From assembly GCA_964496205.1 (NCBI GenBank), contig CAZBXV010000005.1, positions 1-63,974 on the forward strand: DNA of 63,974 bases, read 5' to 3'. The DNA comes from an uncultured Acidimicrobiia bacterium (GTDB taxonomy: Bacteria; Actinomycetota; Acidimicrobiia; Spongiisociales; UBA4744). The notes under the pieces were generated by a model that was given only the letters and a program-made list of their open reading frames with translations, did not search any database and was not told the origin of the DNA. Below, in pieces: positions 1 through 10,495 of the stretch. The position numbers were made by a program, and so were the translations under genes. Every line of letters starts with the position of its first letter. Positions within the stretch are counted from its first letter, which is position 1.

Positions 1-2012
1 CGGATGTCGCCACCGGCCTCCGAGATCTGCTCGGTGACATCGCGCATCATCCTTGGCCTGTCGAGGGCTTCTATCTGCACCCATACCGAGAACCGCCCAA
101 CTCGATCAGGAGCCCAGCTGACGTCGATCATTCGCTCCTCACCCAACGCGGCGATGTTGGTGCAGTCGGACCGGTGGACGGAGACGCCTCTTCCAACGGT
201 GACGAACCCCACAATGTCGTCACCAGGGACCGGGGCGCAACACCGTGCGATGCGCACCCACACGTCGTCGAGCCCTTCAACGATGATTCCAACCCCACCG
301 TCACTCCTCGGTCGGATCGGCGGAAGTTCCAGAGGGGCGGGTTCGACTGCTTCTTCTTCCTCGGGCCGTGCGAGCCTCACCAGCCGAGCAACCACCGTTG
401 ACCCCGCAACTGCCCCTTCACCGACCGCAATGAACAGGGAGTCGAGGTCCTTTTGGTTCATGCGGCCTGCAACTTCCTTGAGGAGTTCGTCACGACGGTT
501 GGAGTGGAGGCCAAGTCCCTCCTTTCGGAGAAGGGCCAGGATGGTGTCGCGACCCTCCACGAGGGCAGCGTCGCGTCGTTCCTTTCCGAACCACTGGCGG
601 ATTTTCGCCCGCGCTCGTGACGTTCGCACGAACGACAGCCAGTCCCTGCTCGGGCCGGCGTCCTGCGCTTTCGAGGTGACGATCTCGGCAATGTCGCCCG
701 ATTCGAGTCTCGTGTCCAACGGAACGAGCCGATTGTTGACTTTCGCTCCGATACAACGGTGCCCTACCTCGGTGTGGACACTGTATGCGAAGTCGACGGG
801 CGTGGCTCCTCGGGGAAGCGTCTTCACGTCACCCTTCGGAGTGAGGATGAACACCTCGTCCTGATAGAGATCGAGCTTGAGGCCCGCGAGGAACTCTGTC
901 GGATCCTCGTACTCATCCTGCAGGAAACGCATATCGGCGATCCACGGCAGGGAGTCCGCAGACGTTCCCTCCTTGTATCTCCAGTGCGCAGCGATGCCGA
1001 ACTCGGCGCGGTTGTGCATTTCCCTGGTCCTGATCTGCACTTCGAGGGGTCCGCCGTTCGGACCGATCACGGTCGTGTGGAGGCTCTGGTAGAGGTTGAA
1101 CTTGGGCATCGCGATGTAGTCCTTGAACCGTCCGTGGACGGGGGGCCAATTCGCATGGACGATCCCAAGCACGGCGTAGCAGTCGCGCACATCATGGACG
1201 ATGACACGAATGCCGAGGAGGTCATGGATGTTCTCAAACGGCAGACCGGTGTTGACCATCTTGCGATAGATCGAGTACTGGTGCTTGGGTCGCCCCGAGA
1301 CCTCGGCATCGATATGCGCCCCATCAAGCAGCTCTCCAACGCGGGCGACCACATCCTTCAGGTACGCCTCACGCATCGGGGCCCGCTGCTCGATGAGGGC
1401 GTTGATTTCTGCGTTGCGACGGGGGTAGAGAATCGCGAAGCAACGATCTTCCATCTCGTGTTTGATCTCCTGCACGCCGAGTCGATGGGCGAGCGGCGCA
1501 TACACCTCGAGGCTCTCTCGCGCGATTCGCTGCTGTTTCTCCTCCGGGAACGGCCAGATCGTTCGGAGGTTGTGCAGACGGTCCGCGAGCTTGATGAGGA
1601 GCACTCGAACGTCCTTTGCGAGGGCGACGACGAGCTTGCGGATGGTGGCCGCCTGCGCCTCCTCCCTCGAACCGAACTTGATGAGGTCCAGCTTGGTCAC
1701 GCCGTCGATGAGCGCCGCAACACTGTTGCCGAAGACCTCTGTCACTTGTTCAAGTGTCAGGTCGGTGTCTTCCACCGTGTCGTGGAGAAGCGCTGCGCAC
1801 AACGTTTCGACGTCGAGCCCATAGTCGGCAAGGATCTCGGTGACGGCGACCGGATGCGTGATGTAGGGGTCCCCCGTCTGGCGCATCTGTCCTTGGTGGC
1901 GATCCCTGGCCAGCTCGAATGCGTCGTTGAGGATCGACGTGTCGGCGTCGGGATGGTGGGCGCGAAACGAGGCAATGACTCGATCCATGCCCTCCTGCGC
2001 GAGGTCAGCCAT
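1..2012 (-). CDS. relA: RelA/SpoT-family (p)ppGpp synthetase/hydrolase. About 670 N-terminal codons are present; the C-terminus runs off the left edge.
   Basis: Absent from the ORF track because it has no in-window stop. My own reverse-strand reading gives ATG at 2012-2010 (MADLAQEG...). The HD motif LLHDTVEDT is the reverse complement of 1764-1790 and is in frame with 2012. The ACT-like end ...RPRMMRDVTEQISEAGGDI lies at 3-62. No competing minus-strand ORF is listed in this phase. Sits in relA-apt-secF-secD synteny. Confidence 0.9.
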   Translation of the reverse strand, partial: MADLAQEGMDRVIASFRAHHPDADTSILNDAFELARDRHQGQMRQTGDPYITHPVAVTEILADYGLDVETLCAALLHDTVEDTDLTLEQVTEVFGNSVAALIDGVTKLDLIKFGSREEAQAATIRKLVVALAKDVRVLLIKLADRLHNLRTIWPFPEEKQQRIARESLEVYAPLAHRLGVQEIKHEMEDRCFAILYPRRNAEINALIEQRAPMREAYLKDVVARVGELLDGAHIDAEVSGRPKHQYSIYRKMVNTGLPFENIHDLLGIRVIVHDVRDCYAVLGIVHANWPPVHGRFKDYIAMPKFNLYQSLHTTVIGPNGGPLEVQIRTREMHNRAEFGIAAHWRYKEGTSADSLPWIADMRFLQDEYEDPTEFLAGLKLDLYQDEVFILTPKGDVKTLPRGATPVDFAYSVHTEVGHRCIGAKVNNRLVPLDTRLESGDIAEIVTSKAQDAGPSRDWLSFVRTSRARAKIRQWFGKERRDAALVEGRDTILALLRKEGLGLHSNRRDELLKEVAGRMNQKDLDSLFIAVGEGAVAGSTVVARLVRLARPEEEEAVEPAPLELPPIRPRSDGGVGIIVEGLDDVWVRIARCCAPVPGDDIVGFVTVGRGVSVHRSDCTNIAALGEERMIDVSWAPDRVGRFSVWVQIEALDRPRMMRDVTEQISEAGGDI

Positions 2013-2529
2013 ATGTCACGAGCGCATGCACCTCGGTGCCATTGAGCGCATCCCGACCGTTGAGAAACGCAAGCTCGATGAAGACTGCGACACCCATCAC
2101 GTGACCGCCGAGGCGCTCAACGAGACGAACTGCTGCGGCCGCGGTTCCACCGGTTGCGAGCACATCATCGACGATCAGCACATTGTCGCCTGGGCGCAGG
2201 GCGTCCTTGTGTATCTCGAGCGCGTCCGTCCCGTACTCCAGTTCGTACGTCTCCCGTACGACTTCAGAAGGCAGCTTGCCTGGCTTGCGGATCGGGATGA
2301 ACCCCGCGCCAAGCTGTTCGGCCACGGGAGTAGCGAGAATGAAGCCCCGCGCTTCGATACCGGCAACCTTGGCCACGGACGCGGATTCATACGGTCGACA
2401 CAATTCGTCCACGAGTGAGGCGAACGCGCCTGGGTTGGCAAGGACGGGAGTGATGTCTTTGAAGACCACGCCAGGCTTGGGGAAGTCAGGGACATCGCGA
2501 ACCAGTGCTTTGAAGTCAGGGGTATTCAC
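2005..2529 (-). CDS. apt: adenine phosphoribosyltransferase
   Basis: 174 aa. PRPP-binding motif VLIVDDVLATGGTA. N-terminus FKDITPVL is typical of Apt. 8-nt overlap with the relA start. Confidence 0.92.
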   Translation of the reverse strand: MNTPDFKALVRDVPDFPKPGVVFKDITPVLANPGAFASLVDELCRPYESASVAKVAGIEARGFILATPVAEQLGAGFIPIRKPGKLPSEVVRETYELEYGTDALEIHKDALRPGDNVLIVDDVLATGGTAAAAVRLVERLGGHVMGVAVFIELAFLNGRDALNGTEVHALVTYG

Positions 2530-2547
2530 CTGACGATTGTAACCCGT

Positions 2548-3606
2548 TCAGCGCTTCCGGCCCTTCTTGGGTGGCCGAGGAGTTGCGCCGCTCTTGCGGC
2601 TGGGTGACTGTCTGCTGACCTTTGCCGTGGGCTTCTCGGCAGTCTCCTTTGCATCGCCTCGGCTCCGCTCGCGGCGCCGCCGGACTCGTGCCCACTCGTC
2701 CTCGTATTCTTTCCAACTCGCGAGGATCGGTGACGCGACGGCGATCGACGAATACGTGCCTGCCGCAATACCGACGAACAACGCGAGAGCGAAGTCGCGC
2801 AGTGTCTGGGCGCCCAACAGGAAGGAACCGACGAACAGGAGGCTTCCTACCGGCAGAAGGCTGGTGAGCGACGTGTTGATCGAACGCATCAGCACCTGGT
2901 TCATCGACCGGTTGACAAGTTCGGTAATCGTCATCCGTTCGGTGTTCAGCTCTTCGACGTTCTCCTTGACTTTGTCGAACACCACGACCGTGTCATACAG
3001 CGAGTACCCAAGAATCGTGAGCACGCCGATCACGGTCGCCGGCGTTACCTCGAAGCGGGTGATCGCGTACACCCCGAACGTGATGATCAGGTCATGGAAC
3101 AGCGCAGTGATGCCTGCCACGGCCATCTTCCACTCGAGGCGCCACCACATGAACAACACAACCGCCGCCAGGAAGACGATCAGTGCGGTGACTGCCCGCT
3201 TGGTGATCTCGGCACCGAAGGTCGGGCCAACCTGATTGAGGGAGATCTCATTCACGGCGCTCCCCGTCACATCCGCCACGGTCTGCTGGAACGTCTCCGA
3301 CTCACTGCTCGAGAGGGCCCCGACCTGCACACGTAGGTCAGCTCCACCGGCGAGCTCCTGGATTTTCGCATCACCAAGGCCGAGCTTCTCGAGAGCGCTT
3401 CGCATCTCTGCAACGCTTGCGTTGTTCGGATTGGGTGCCTCGACGGCAACCCCACCCTTGAAGTCCAAGCTCAGGTTCAGACCGAAGATGGTGATGACGA
3501 GAACCGACACGATCACCAATGTCAACGAGATCATCAGCCAGGTGCGCTTTGCTCCGACGAAGTCGAACGACGTCTCGCCCCTGTACAGGCGTGTGATGAG
3601 ATTCAT
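2548..3606 (-). CDS. secF: protein translocase subunit SecF, with a basic Arg/Lys-rich C-terminal tail
   Basis: 352 aa, multi-TM. SecF-like LNLSLDFKGG and FGVYAI motifs. ATGA overlap with the secD stop. Confidence 0.93.
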   Translation of the reverse strand: MNLITRLYRGETSFDFVGAKRTWLMISLTLVIVSVLVITIFGLNLSLDFKGGVAVEAPNPNNASVAEMRSALEKLGLGDAKIQELAGGADLRVQVGALSSSESETFQQTVADVTGSAVNEISLNQVGPTFGAEITKRAVTALIVFLAAVVLFMWWRLEWKMAVAGITALFHDLIITFGVYAITRFEVTPATVIGVLTILGYSLYDTVVVFDKVKENVEELNTERMTITELVNRSMNQVLMRSINTSLTSLLPVGSLLFVGSFLLGAQTLRDFALALFVGIAAGTYSSIAVASPILASWKEYEDEWARVRRRRERSRGDAKETAEKPTAKVSRQSPSRKSGATPRPPKKGRKR

Positions 3607-5201
3607 GATGCCTCCTGCACGCCGCCTGCCGCGGCCCTGATGCTGAATCGGCCTCCCTCACCGAGGTTCCCGTGGGCAATCAGGCTCACGGCGTTCCTCG
3701 TGAAGAAGTAGGCCACGAGGATGTCGAGGAAGGTGGCGATACCGAGCGTGAGAGCGAACCCCTTCACCGGGCCGACCGCCAGCAGCCATAGGAGAACGGC
3801 AGCGAGAATCGACACAGTATCTGCCGTCAAGATCGTATGAAACGCTCGCGAGAAACCCTCATCGACGGCGGCCCGCATGGTGCGACCGCGGTGCAGCTCC
3901 TCCTTGATCCGTTCATAGAAGACGATATAGGAGTCCGCGGTGATACCCACCGACACTACGATGCCCGTAACACCCGCGAGCGTCAGGGTGAGCCCTGCGG
4001 TCTTGCCCAGCAGGCCCAGCACGATCAGCATCAACGATCCGAAGATCGTCAGGCCCACGATGGTCACAGCCCCGAGGGACCGGTAGTAGAGCATCATGTA
4101 GATCGCGACCAGGAACAACCCTGCCAAACCGGCGATGAGGCCGGATCGCAACGAGTCCGAGCCGAGTGTCGCCGACACGCTTTGAACCTGGTCCTGGACG
4201 AAGCTCACCGGCAGCGATCCGTAGCGGAGCACAACGGAAAGATCCTGTGCCTGCTGCTGCTGATTCGTCCCGGTACCCATTGTGATCACGGCATTCCCAC
4301 CTGCAATGCCGGTGTTCGCGTCCACGTTTGCGGAGACCTGAGGTGCCGAAATCACTTTGCCGTCGAGCACGATCGCGATTTGGCGCTGTGCAGTGCCAAC
4401 TGGGAACTGGGCTGCGTTCCTGGTGAGGTCCTGGAACTTGCGAGCTCCGTCGTCATTGAGTTTCAGGTCGACCTGCCACTGTCCGGTGGTCTGGCTGAAC
4501 GTTGCGAGAGCGGACGTGATATCCCCGCCCGTCAGCGGGTCCACGGTGCCGTCGACGGGGTTCCCGCTCCCATCACCGACACACGTGATGTAGGCCGAAT
4601 CCGTCTTGCAGAGCGTTCCCACTTCATAGCCGGCCGTGAGCGAACCGTCGTCTGCATACTCCGGTAGCCATGAGGCCAACAACTCGGGGGTGTCCTTGAT
4701 TGTGAATCCGGTCGAGGGGTCTACGCCCGCCGGAAGGCTCGTCGTCGTGGTCGCTTCGGTCGTCGAGGTGGTGTCACCGGTAGTCGTTGTACTGTCACCG
4801 GTAGTCGTCGTTGTCGCCGAGGTTGTCGTTGTCGTGTCGAAGATCGGGCTTTGGAACGACGAAGAGAGGACAGGACGGAATGAGAGGACACCCGTTTGCC
4901 CGATGGCCTCCAGTGCCCGTTCACGGTCGGTCACACCGGGGAGCTGCACCAGAACCCCGTTGCTTCCCGTGATCGAAATCTCCGGTTCCTGCACGCCGAA
5001 CGCCTCGATGCGTCCGCGCATGATCTCCACTGCTTTCGCGAGAACGTCCGGATCGGTGCCTTCCGGCGCGCGGAGAATGACGGAAGTGCCACCCTTGAGA
5101 TCGAGTCCGAGTTCGGGTGTCGAGTGCGTCGCGAGGATCGCCGCCACCCCCCCATACGCGAGGAGCGCGACAATGATCAGGGTGATGATCCGTCGTGGCA
5201 T
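3603..5201 (-). CDS. secD: protein translocase subunit SecD, with a Thr-rich insertion in the periplasmic domain
   Basis: 532 aa. LGLDLKGG motif and RND-like C-terminal TM bundle. Lies directly downstream of yajC. Confidence 0.93.
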   Translation of the reverse strand: MPRRIITLIIVALLAYGGVAAILATHSTPELGLDLKGGTSVILRAPEGTDPDVLAKAVEIMRGRIEAFGVQEPEISITGSNGVLVQLPGVTDRERALEAIGQTGVLSFRPVLSSSFQSPIFDTTTTTSATTTTTGDSTTTTGDTTSTTEATTTTSLPAGVDPSTGFTIKDTPELLASWLPEYADDGSLTAGYEVGTLCKTDSAYITCVGDGSGNPVDGTVDPLTGGDITSALATFSQTTGQWQVDLKLNDDGARKFQDLTRNAAQFPVGTAQRQIAIVLDGKVISAPQVSANVDANTGIAGGNAVITMGTGTNQQQQAQDLSVVLRYGSLPVSFVQDQVQSVSATLGSDSLRSGLIAGLAGLFLVAIYMMLYYRSLGAVTIVGLTIFGSLMLIVLGLLGKTAGLTLTLAGVTGIVVSVGITADSYIVFYERIKEELHRGRTMRAAVDEGFSRAFHTILTADTVSILAAVLLWLLAVGPVKGFALTLGIATFLDILVAYFFTRNAVSLIAHGNLGEGGRFSIRAAAGGVQEAS

Positions 5202-5203
5202 GG

Positions 5204-5488
5204 TCAGCTCTCCCGTTTCCCGGCGATCGCCCGCCGGGACACCCGCATGCGCCCTTCTTCGAGTCCGATGACGACGGTGTCCTCGTCGAGGGATATCACC
5301 AGCCCGTATACCCCGCCGTACGTTTGTACCTTGTCACCAATCTCGAGACTCGCAGCAAGCTCCTGTTGCTGCTTCTGGCGAGTTCGCTGTGGTCTGACCA
5401 TCAAGAAGTAGAACGCTGCGATCAACAGCGCAAGGAAGATCAGTGTTGGCCAGGCACTCCCGGTCGTTTCTGCTGTTTGGGCAAGCAC
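5204..5488 (-). CDS. yajC: preprotein translocase subunit YajC
   Basis: 94 aa with a single TM. YFLMVRPQRTRQKQ and GDKVQTYGGVYG motifs. Position tgt-yajC-secD. Confidence 0.87.
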   Translation of the reverse strand: MLAQTAETTGSAWPTLIFLALLIAAFYFLMVRPQRTRQKQQQELAASLEIGDKVQTYGGVYGLVISLDEDTVVIGLEEGRMRVSRRAIAGKRES

Positions 5489-5542
5489 GCAGTACCTTCT
5501 TCGTGTGAGTGGAGGCTCACGCGTAGCGAGCCGGCGGTCATG

Positions 5543-6652
5543 CTAGCGACTCAGAGAATTCTCCGAAACTCTCCGCTTCATCACGGTTTCCCGAAACGTT
5601 TCGAAGGCTCCCTCCTCGATCGCGGCACGAACCCGTTTCATGAGATTCACCGTGTAGGTCAAGTTGTGCAACGTAACCAGTCGGAGGCCAGTTGGTTCGT
5701 TTGTCCGAAAGAGGTGTCTGATGTACCCCTGGCTGTACCCCCTGCACGTCGCACACGAGCAGGTTTCATCGAGCGGGGCGTTCGAGACGGTGAACTCGGC
5801 CCTCCGGATGCTGTAGTCGCCGGTTGGTGTCAGCACTTTGCCATGTCGGGCCAGCCGCGTCGGCCACACGCAATCGAACAGGTCCACACCGCGGGCGATG
5901 GCGGCGAGCATGCCTTCGGTGTCGCCCAGCCCCATGGTGTATCGAACTCGGTCTGTAGGAAGCTCCGCGACAACGGTCTCAATGGCACGATCCCGATCCT
6001 CGGGTGCCTCCCCCACCGACAGTCCGCCTATTCCGAATCCATCGAAACCGATCTCAGCCGTTCGAAGGGCGCTCTCCCTTCGTAGGTCCTGATCGATCCC
6101 GCCCTGAACGATCCCGAACACGGCTTGATCATCCCGTGTCCGGGCCTTCGCCGCACGGGCCCCCCACCTGAGGGTTCTCATCATCGCCCCCTCTACCTGT
6201 GCACGGGGGCTCGGCAGACCGACCAGTACATCGAGCACCATCGCGACATCGGATCCGAGGTTCTCCTGCACGGACACGGCCCGTTCAGGCGTGAGTTCGA
6301 CTCTGGACCCGTCGTACGAGGATCGGAAGGCCACTCCTTCTTCGGTGACTCTGGACTCCAACGAGAACACCTGATACCCGCCGGAATCCGTAAGGATCGG
6401 CTTGGGCCAATTCATGAACGCGTGGAGCCCACCCAGATCCCGCACCACCTCGTCGCCAGGACGAAGCATCAGATGATAGGTATTCGCCAACACCATCTGG
6501 GCCCCGACACCTGCAAGATCCTCGCCATCGACTGTCTTGACGGTTCCGCGCGTCCCAACCGGCATGAACGCGGGCGTCCGCACCTGCCCATGTGCCAGCG
6601 ACATGACACCGGTGCGAGCGGCGCCATCTCGAGAGCTGATCTCGAATCTCAT
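5543..6652 (-). CDS. tgt: queuine tRNA-ribosyltransferase
   Basis: 369 aa. ARTG...TPAFMPVGT, LTDSGGYQVFSL, and the Zn site CxCxxC (CSCATCRGYS). Confidence 0.93.
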   Translation of the reverse strand: MRFEISSRDGAARTGVMSLAHGQVRTPAFMPVGTRGTVKTVDGEDLAGVGAQMVLANTYHLMLRPGDEVVRDLGGLHAFMNWPKPILTDSGGYQVFSLESRVTEEGVAFRSSYDGSRVELTPERAVSVQENLGSDVAMVLDVLVGLPSPRAQVEGAMMRTLRWGARAAKARTRDDQAVFGIVQGGIDQDLRRESALRTAEIGFDGFGIGGLSVGEAPEDRDRAIETVVAELPTDRVRYTMGLGDTEGMLAAIARGVDLFDCVWPTRLARHGKVLTPTGDYSIRRAEFTVSNAPLDETCSCATCRGYSQGYIRHLFRTNEPTGLRLVTLHNLTYTVNLMKRVRAAIEEGAFETFRETVMKRRVSENSLSR

Positions 6653-7659
6653 GCACGCTCCACATACATCGCGTCCCCGAACGAGAGGAAACGGTAGCCT
6701 CGTGCCAGCGCAGTCTCATACGCCTCTCTCCAACGGTTCCCCATGAAGGCGGCGATCATCACGACGAGCGTTGAACGAGGCACGTGGAAGTTCGTGACTA
6801 TCGCGTCCACGGCCTGGAACCTATGGCCGGGGGCGATGAACAGGTCCGTTCTGCCTGGTCCTGTCGTCAATCCCCCCCTCGACGCAGACGATTCGAGGGC
6901 CCGCACCACGGTCGTGCCGATCGCAACGATTCTCCCGCCTGCCTCGCGGGTGGACACATACGCTTCGGCTGTGTCCGGCGGAATGTCGAATGTCTCGGTG
7001 TGCATTCGATGGTCTTCGATGGCGTCAACCGCGATCGGCCTGAACGTGTCGAGCCCAACGTGAAGATCGACTCCCGTCACTCGAATTCCCCGCTCTCGCA
7101 ATCGCGCGAGGACGCCTGTGCTGACATGCAGGCCGGCAGTGGGCGCGGCGGCAGACCCGATTCGGTCGGCGAACACGGTCTGGTAGTCAGATGGGTCCGC
7201 CAAAGGCGCGGTGATGTACGGGGGAAGCGGCACCTCTCCGAGCCTGGCGACCGCACCTTCCACATCGTCGGCTTCGAACCGAAGTGTTGTGCGACCCTCC
7301 ACGGGATCCGCCTCCACCGTTGCTTCCATATCACCGAACTGGAGCTCCTGACCTGCGTGGACCCGGCGGGACGGCCGGATCAGCGCGGTCCACGCACCGT
7401 CGGTCTCCTCGGAGAGCAACAGCACCTCGACGGCGCCTCCGGTGCCCTTCTTCGATCCTCGAAGACGTGCTGCACGAACCTTCGTGGTATTCAAGACGAC
7501 GAGGTCACGCGGTTCGAGCATCCTCGGCAGGTCGCGAAACGCCCTGTTCTCGAGCGTTCTGCAGTCGAGAAGGCGTGCAGCGTCACGAGGCGACACAGGG
7601 CGTTGCGCAATGGCGCGTGCCGGCAGTTCATAGTCGAAGTCGTCAGTGCGCAAAGTCAA
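6649..7659 (-). CDS. queA: S-adenosylmethionine:tRNA ribosyltransferase-isomerase
   Basis: 336 aa. DFDYELP N-terminus and [10 protein letters not shown] motif. TTG start overlaps the ruvB stop (TTGA). Confidence 0.9.
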   Translation of the reverse strand: MTLRTDDFDYELPARAIAQRPVSPRDAARLLDCRTLENRAFRDLPRMLEPRDLVVLNTTKVRAARLRGSKKGTGGAVEVLLLSEETDGAWTALIRPSRRVHAGQELQFGDMEATVEADPVEGRTTLRFEADDVEGAVARLGEVPLPPYITAPLADPSDYQTVFADRIGSAAAPTAGLHVSTGVLARLRERGIRVTGVDLHVGLDTFRPIAVDAIEDHRMHTETFDIPPDTAEAYVSTREAGGRIVAIGTTVVRALESSASRGGLTTGPGRTDLFIAPGHRFQAVDAIVTNFHVPRSTLVVMIAAFMGNRWREAYETALARGYRFLSFGDAMYVERA

Positions 7660-8669
7660 TCGATGAAGAGCTGCTGGTGATGCGGAGGTTCCAAACCGAG
7701 GTGGCGGAACGCCGCCGGCGTTGCCACTCGTCCCCTCGGGGTACGCTTCAGAAGGCCCCTGGTGAGGAGGAATGGCTCGTATGCCTCCTCCACCGTCTCC
7801 GCCTCCTCGCCCACCACGATGGCCAGTGTCGACAACCCGACAGGACCCCCATTGAAGGTTTCGACGATGGCCCGCAGAATATCGACATCGACCCTGTCCA
7901 ACCCGAGCTCGTCCACTTCGAAGACCCGGAGCGCTTCATCGGCGGTTGTGGCGTCGACGATCCCTCCTGCCCTGGCAATCGCGTAGTCCCTCACCCGGGC
8001 GAGAAGACGGTTGGCGATGCGAGGCGTTCCGCGCGACCGCATCGCCACGATCATCGCCCCTTCGTCATCGGTTTCCACTCCCATGATGCCCGCCGAGCGT
8101 GAGACGATCTCGGCCAGCTCGTCATCCGTGTAGAACTCCAGCTTGTCGACGATTCCGAATCTGTCCCTCAGAGGGGCCGTCACTTTGCCCTTGCGTGTCG
8201 TGGCTCCAACCAGTGTGAAACGTGGCAGCTCGAGGCGGATCGACTGAGCAGATGGCCCCTTCCCGAGAACGATGTCGAGGCGGAAGTCCTCCATCGCCGG
8301 ATACAGCACTTCCTCGACTGCCCGGGGAAGCCGGTGGATCTCGTCGATAAACAGCACCTCACCTTCCTCGAGGTTGGTGACGATTGATGCGACATCGCCC
8401 GGTCGCTCCAATGCGGGGCCCGATGTCACTCTGATGCGGGCACCGAGTTCGGTAGCGATAATGCCGGCGAGGGTCGTCTTGCCCAGGCCAGGGGGGCCCG
8501 ACAGCAACACGTGGTCGAGCGGGTGTGCGAGCTGCCGTGCTGCATCGAGACTGATCCTCAGACGCTCCTTGACGTTTCCCTGACCAATGAACTCGTCGAG
8601 CCGCGACGGACGCAGGGTGTCGTCGCTGTCGCCGGGGAGCCGTTCGGACGTGAGAAGGTCTTCTCTCAT
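7656..8669 (-). CDS. ruvB: Holliday junction branch migration helicase RuvB
   Basis: 337 aa. Walker [12 protein letters not shown]; FIDEIHRL. Confidence 0.95.
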   Translation of the reverse strand: MREDLLTSERLPGDSDDTLRPSRLDEFIGQGNVKERLRISLDAARQLAHPLDHVLLSGPPGLGKTTLAGIIATELGARIRVTSGPALERPGDVASIVTNLEEGEVLFIDEIHRLPRAVEEVLYPAMEDFRLDIVLGKGPSAQSIRLELPRFTLVGATTRKGKVTAPLRDRFGIVDKLEFYTDDELAEIVSRSAGIMGVETDDEGAMIVAMRSRGTPRIANRLLARVRDYAIARAGGIVDATTADEALRVFEVDELGLDRVDVDILRAIVETFNGGPVGLSTLAIVVGEEAETVEEAYEPFLLTRGLLKRTPRGRVATPAAFRHLGLEPPHHQQLFID

Positions 8670-9235
8670 TGTCTCCCCAGTTGTTGAAGGGCCAGGCGTA
8701 GACCTTGTTCCACTCCCAGTTCGTCGGGAAGGGCGGCCACCACTTCGCTGACTTCGGCGGTGGCGTACCCCAGTCCTTCGAGCGCTTCGCGGATCTGGGC
8801 CCGGGTGCCCGAACCGACCACATCGGCCTCCGCCCCCGCCAACCGTGGCCGCAGCTCGAGAACGAGCTTCTGGGCACTGCGCGTTCCAATGCCGGGAACG
8901 ACCGTCAGGGCTGCGGCGTCCTCGGCGACGACAGCCCTCCGAATCTCTTCAGTGCCGAGCGTGCCCATCATTGCCATGGCGAGCTTCGGTCCGACGCCCG
9001 AGGCGGCGAGGAGAAGTCGAAACACGTCCCGGTCTCTCCGATCAACGAAGCCATACAGGTCGAGGGCATCTTCCCTCACATGCAGATGGGTGTGCAGGAG
9101 CACATCGGACCCGCTCGGGCCGACGTCCTGAACGGCCTTTGGAGTCACTCTGACCTCGAATCCGACGCCACCGACAGACAGAACGATCCGATCCGTATCG
9201 ATCGTCTCCACCTTTCCCTGCAGAGCGCCGATCAC
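8666..9235 (-). CDS. ruvA: Holliday junction DNA-binding protein RuvA
   Basis: The track ORF starts at 9274. I prefer GTG at 9235 (VIGALQGKV, the canonical RuvA N-terminus), which forms a GTGA overlap with the ruvC stop. Confidence 0.9.
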   Translation of the reverse strand: MIGALQGKVETIDTDRIVLSVGGVGFEVRVTPKAVQDVGPSGSDVLLHTHLHVREDALDLYGFVDRRDRDVFRLLLAASGVGPKLAMAMMGTLGTEEIRRAVVAEDAAALTVVPGIGTRSAQKLVLELRPRLAGAEADVVGSGTRAQIREALEGLGYATAEVSEVVAALPDELGVEQGLRLALQQLGRQ

Positions 9236-9708
9236 CGGACTCTCCTCCGAAGGGCCTCCTGCTGGAGGTGACACATCGCGATCGCAAGGGCATCGGCGGC
9301 ATCAGGGGGGGTTGGTGGTTTCGGAAGCCCCATTCGAATCGCGACCATCCGCTGGACTTGTTCCTTCGGTGCGTTTCCATACCCGGCTACCGCGGCCTTG
9401 ACACTTGACGGGGTGTATTCGACAACGGGAATACCATGTTCGGCTGCCGCGATCATCGCTGCTCCGGATGCTCGAAGGACCGACGCGGCCGTGTGGAGGT
9501 TCCTGTTCACGAAGACCTGTTCGATCGCCATGACCTCGGGTCCGAACTCCGAGATCACCCCCGAGATATCCCGCCTGATCTCGAGGAGCCGGACGGGAAT
9601 CGGGTCCTCGCGGTGCGTCCGAACCACTCCCAAGGCTTCGACGCTCGCATCACCGACGACCGCGTAGCCGGTCGTCGTGAGGCCGGGATCGATTCCGAGA
9701 ACGAACAT
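9232..9708 (-). CDS. ruvC: crossover junction endodeoxyribonuclease RuvC
   Basis: 158 aa. MFVLGIDPGLTTTGYAV N-terminus. Confidence 0.92.
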   Translation of the reverse strand: MFVLGIDPGLTTTGYAVVGDASVEALGVVRTHREDPIPVRLLEIRRDISGVISEFGPEVMAIEQVFVNRNLHTAASVLRASGAAMIAAAEHGIPVVEYTPSSVKAAVAGYGNAPKEQVQRMVAIRMGLPKPPTPPDAADALAIAMCHLQQEALRRRVR

Positions 9709-9751
9709 ATGTACGGGAGTGTAACCGTGGTCGCCGACAGCCTCGCGGCTA

Positions 9752-10495
9752 TCAGTCCATCAGCTCAGCCATGACCTCATCGGGGATATCGAAGTTCGAG
9801 AAGACTTCTTGAACGTCGTCGAGATCCTCGAGGGCCTCCACCAGTCGAAGTACCTTGGACGCGTTCGATCGGTCCAACGGAACCACCGACTTGGGTAGCT
9901 GAGTCACTTCGGCACTCTCCACGTCGGTGGCAACGGAGCCGACCGCTTCCCGCACAGCACTGAACACTCCAGGTTCGGTGACGACTTCGAACGATTCGTC
10001 CGAAGGACGCACATCTTCGGCTCCGGCATCAAGCGCGGCGAGCATGATGTCGTCTTCGTCGCCCTTGACCACGAGGTAGCCCTTCTGCTCGAACAGATAC
10101 GCCACCGAACCCGGCTCACCCAGGTTTCCGCCGTTTCGTGAGAAGGTGGAGCGGACATCGGATGCGGCCCGATTGCGGTTGTCCGTCAAGATCTGGAGCA
10201 GGAGCGCAACGCCGCCTGGCCCGTAGCCCTCGTACCAGAACTCCTCGTAGTTGACACCTTCCACCTCACCGGTGCCCCGCTTGATCGCACGATCGATGTT
10301 GTCGTTCGGAACGGACGCCGCCTTCGCCTTGTCGATCGCGTGAGAGAGCGTCGCATTGCCGGTTGGGTCCCCCCCGCCTTCCCTGGCCGCGACCTCGATC
10401 GCTTTCACGAGTTTGGCAAACAGCTTGCCACGTTGCGCGTCCTTGGCACCCTTCTTGTGCTTGATCGTGGACCATTTGGAATGTCCAGACATCAC
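9752..10495 (-). CDS. yebC: YebC/PmpR-family DNA-binding transcriptional regulator
   Basis: 247 aa. [24 protein letters not shown] signature. Confidence 0.92.
   Translation of the reverse strand: MMSGHSKWSTIKHKKGAKDAQRGKLFAKLVKAIEVAAREGGGDPTGNATLSHAIDKAKAASVPNDNIDRAIKRGTGEVEGVNYEEFWYEGYGPGGVALLLQILTDNRNRAASDVRSTFSRNGGNLGEPGSVAYLFEQKGYLVVKGDEDDIMLAALDAGAEDVRPSDESFEVVTEPGVFSAVREAVGSVATDVESAEVTQLPKSVVPLDRSNASKVLRLVEALEDLDDVQEVFSNFDIPDEVMAELMD

Noticed and set aside
759-2045. 428-aa plus-strand ORF, together with the 4-864 ORF, covering the left end of the window
   Set aside because: It is antisense to relA. The minus strand carries unmistakable RelA/SpoT motifs (LLHDTVEDT, RPKHQYSIYRKM-type region). 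The plus-strand products are low-complexity Arg/Glu/Leu strings, typical of open antisense frames in high-GC DNA.
4738-4845. Short tandem repeats in Thr-rich coding tracts considered as a CRISPR or minisatellite array
   Set aside because: There are only two 15-nt copies, in frame, inside a well-supported gene. There is no spacer/repeat architecture. No CRISPR-like array exists anywhere in the window.
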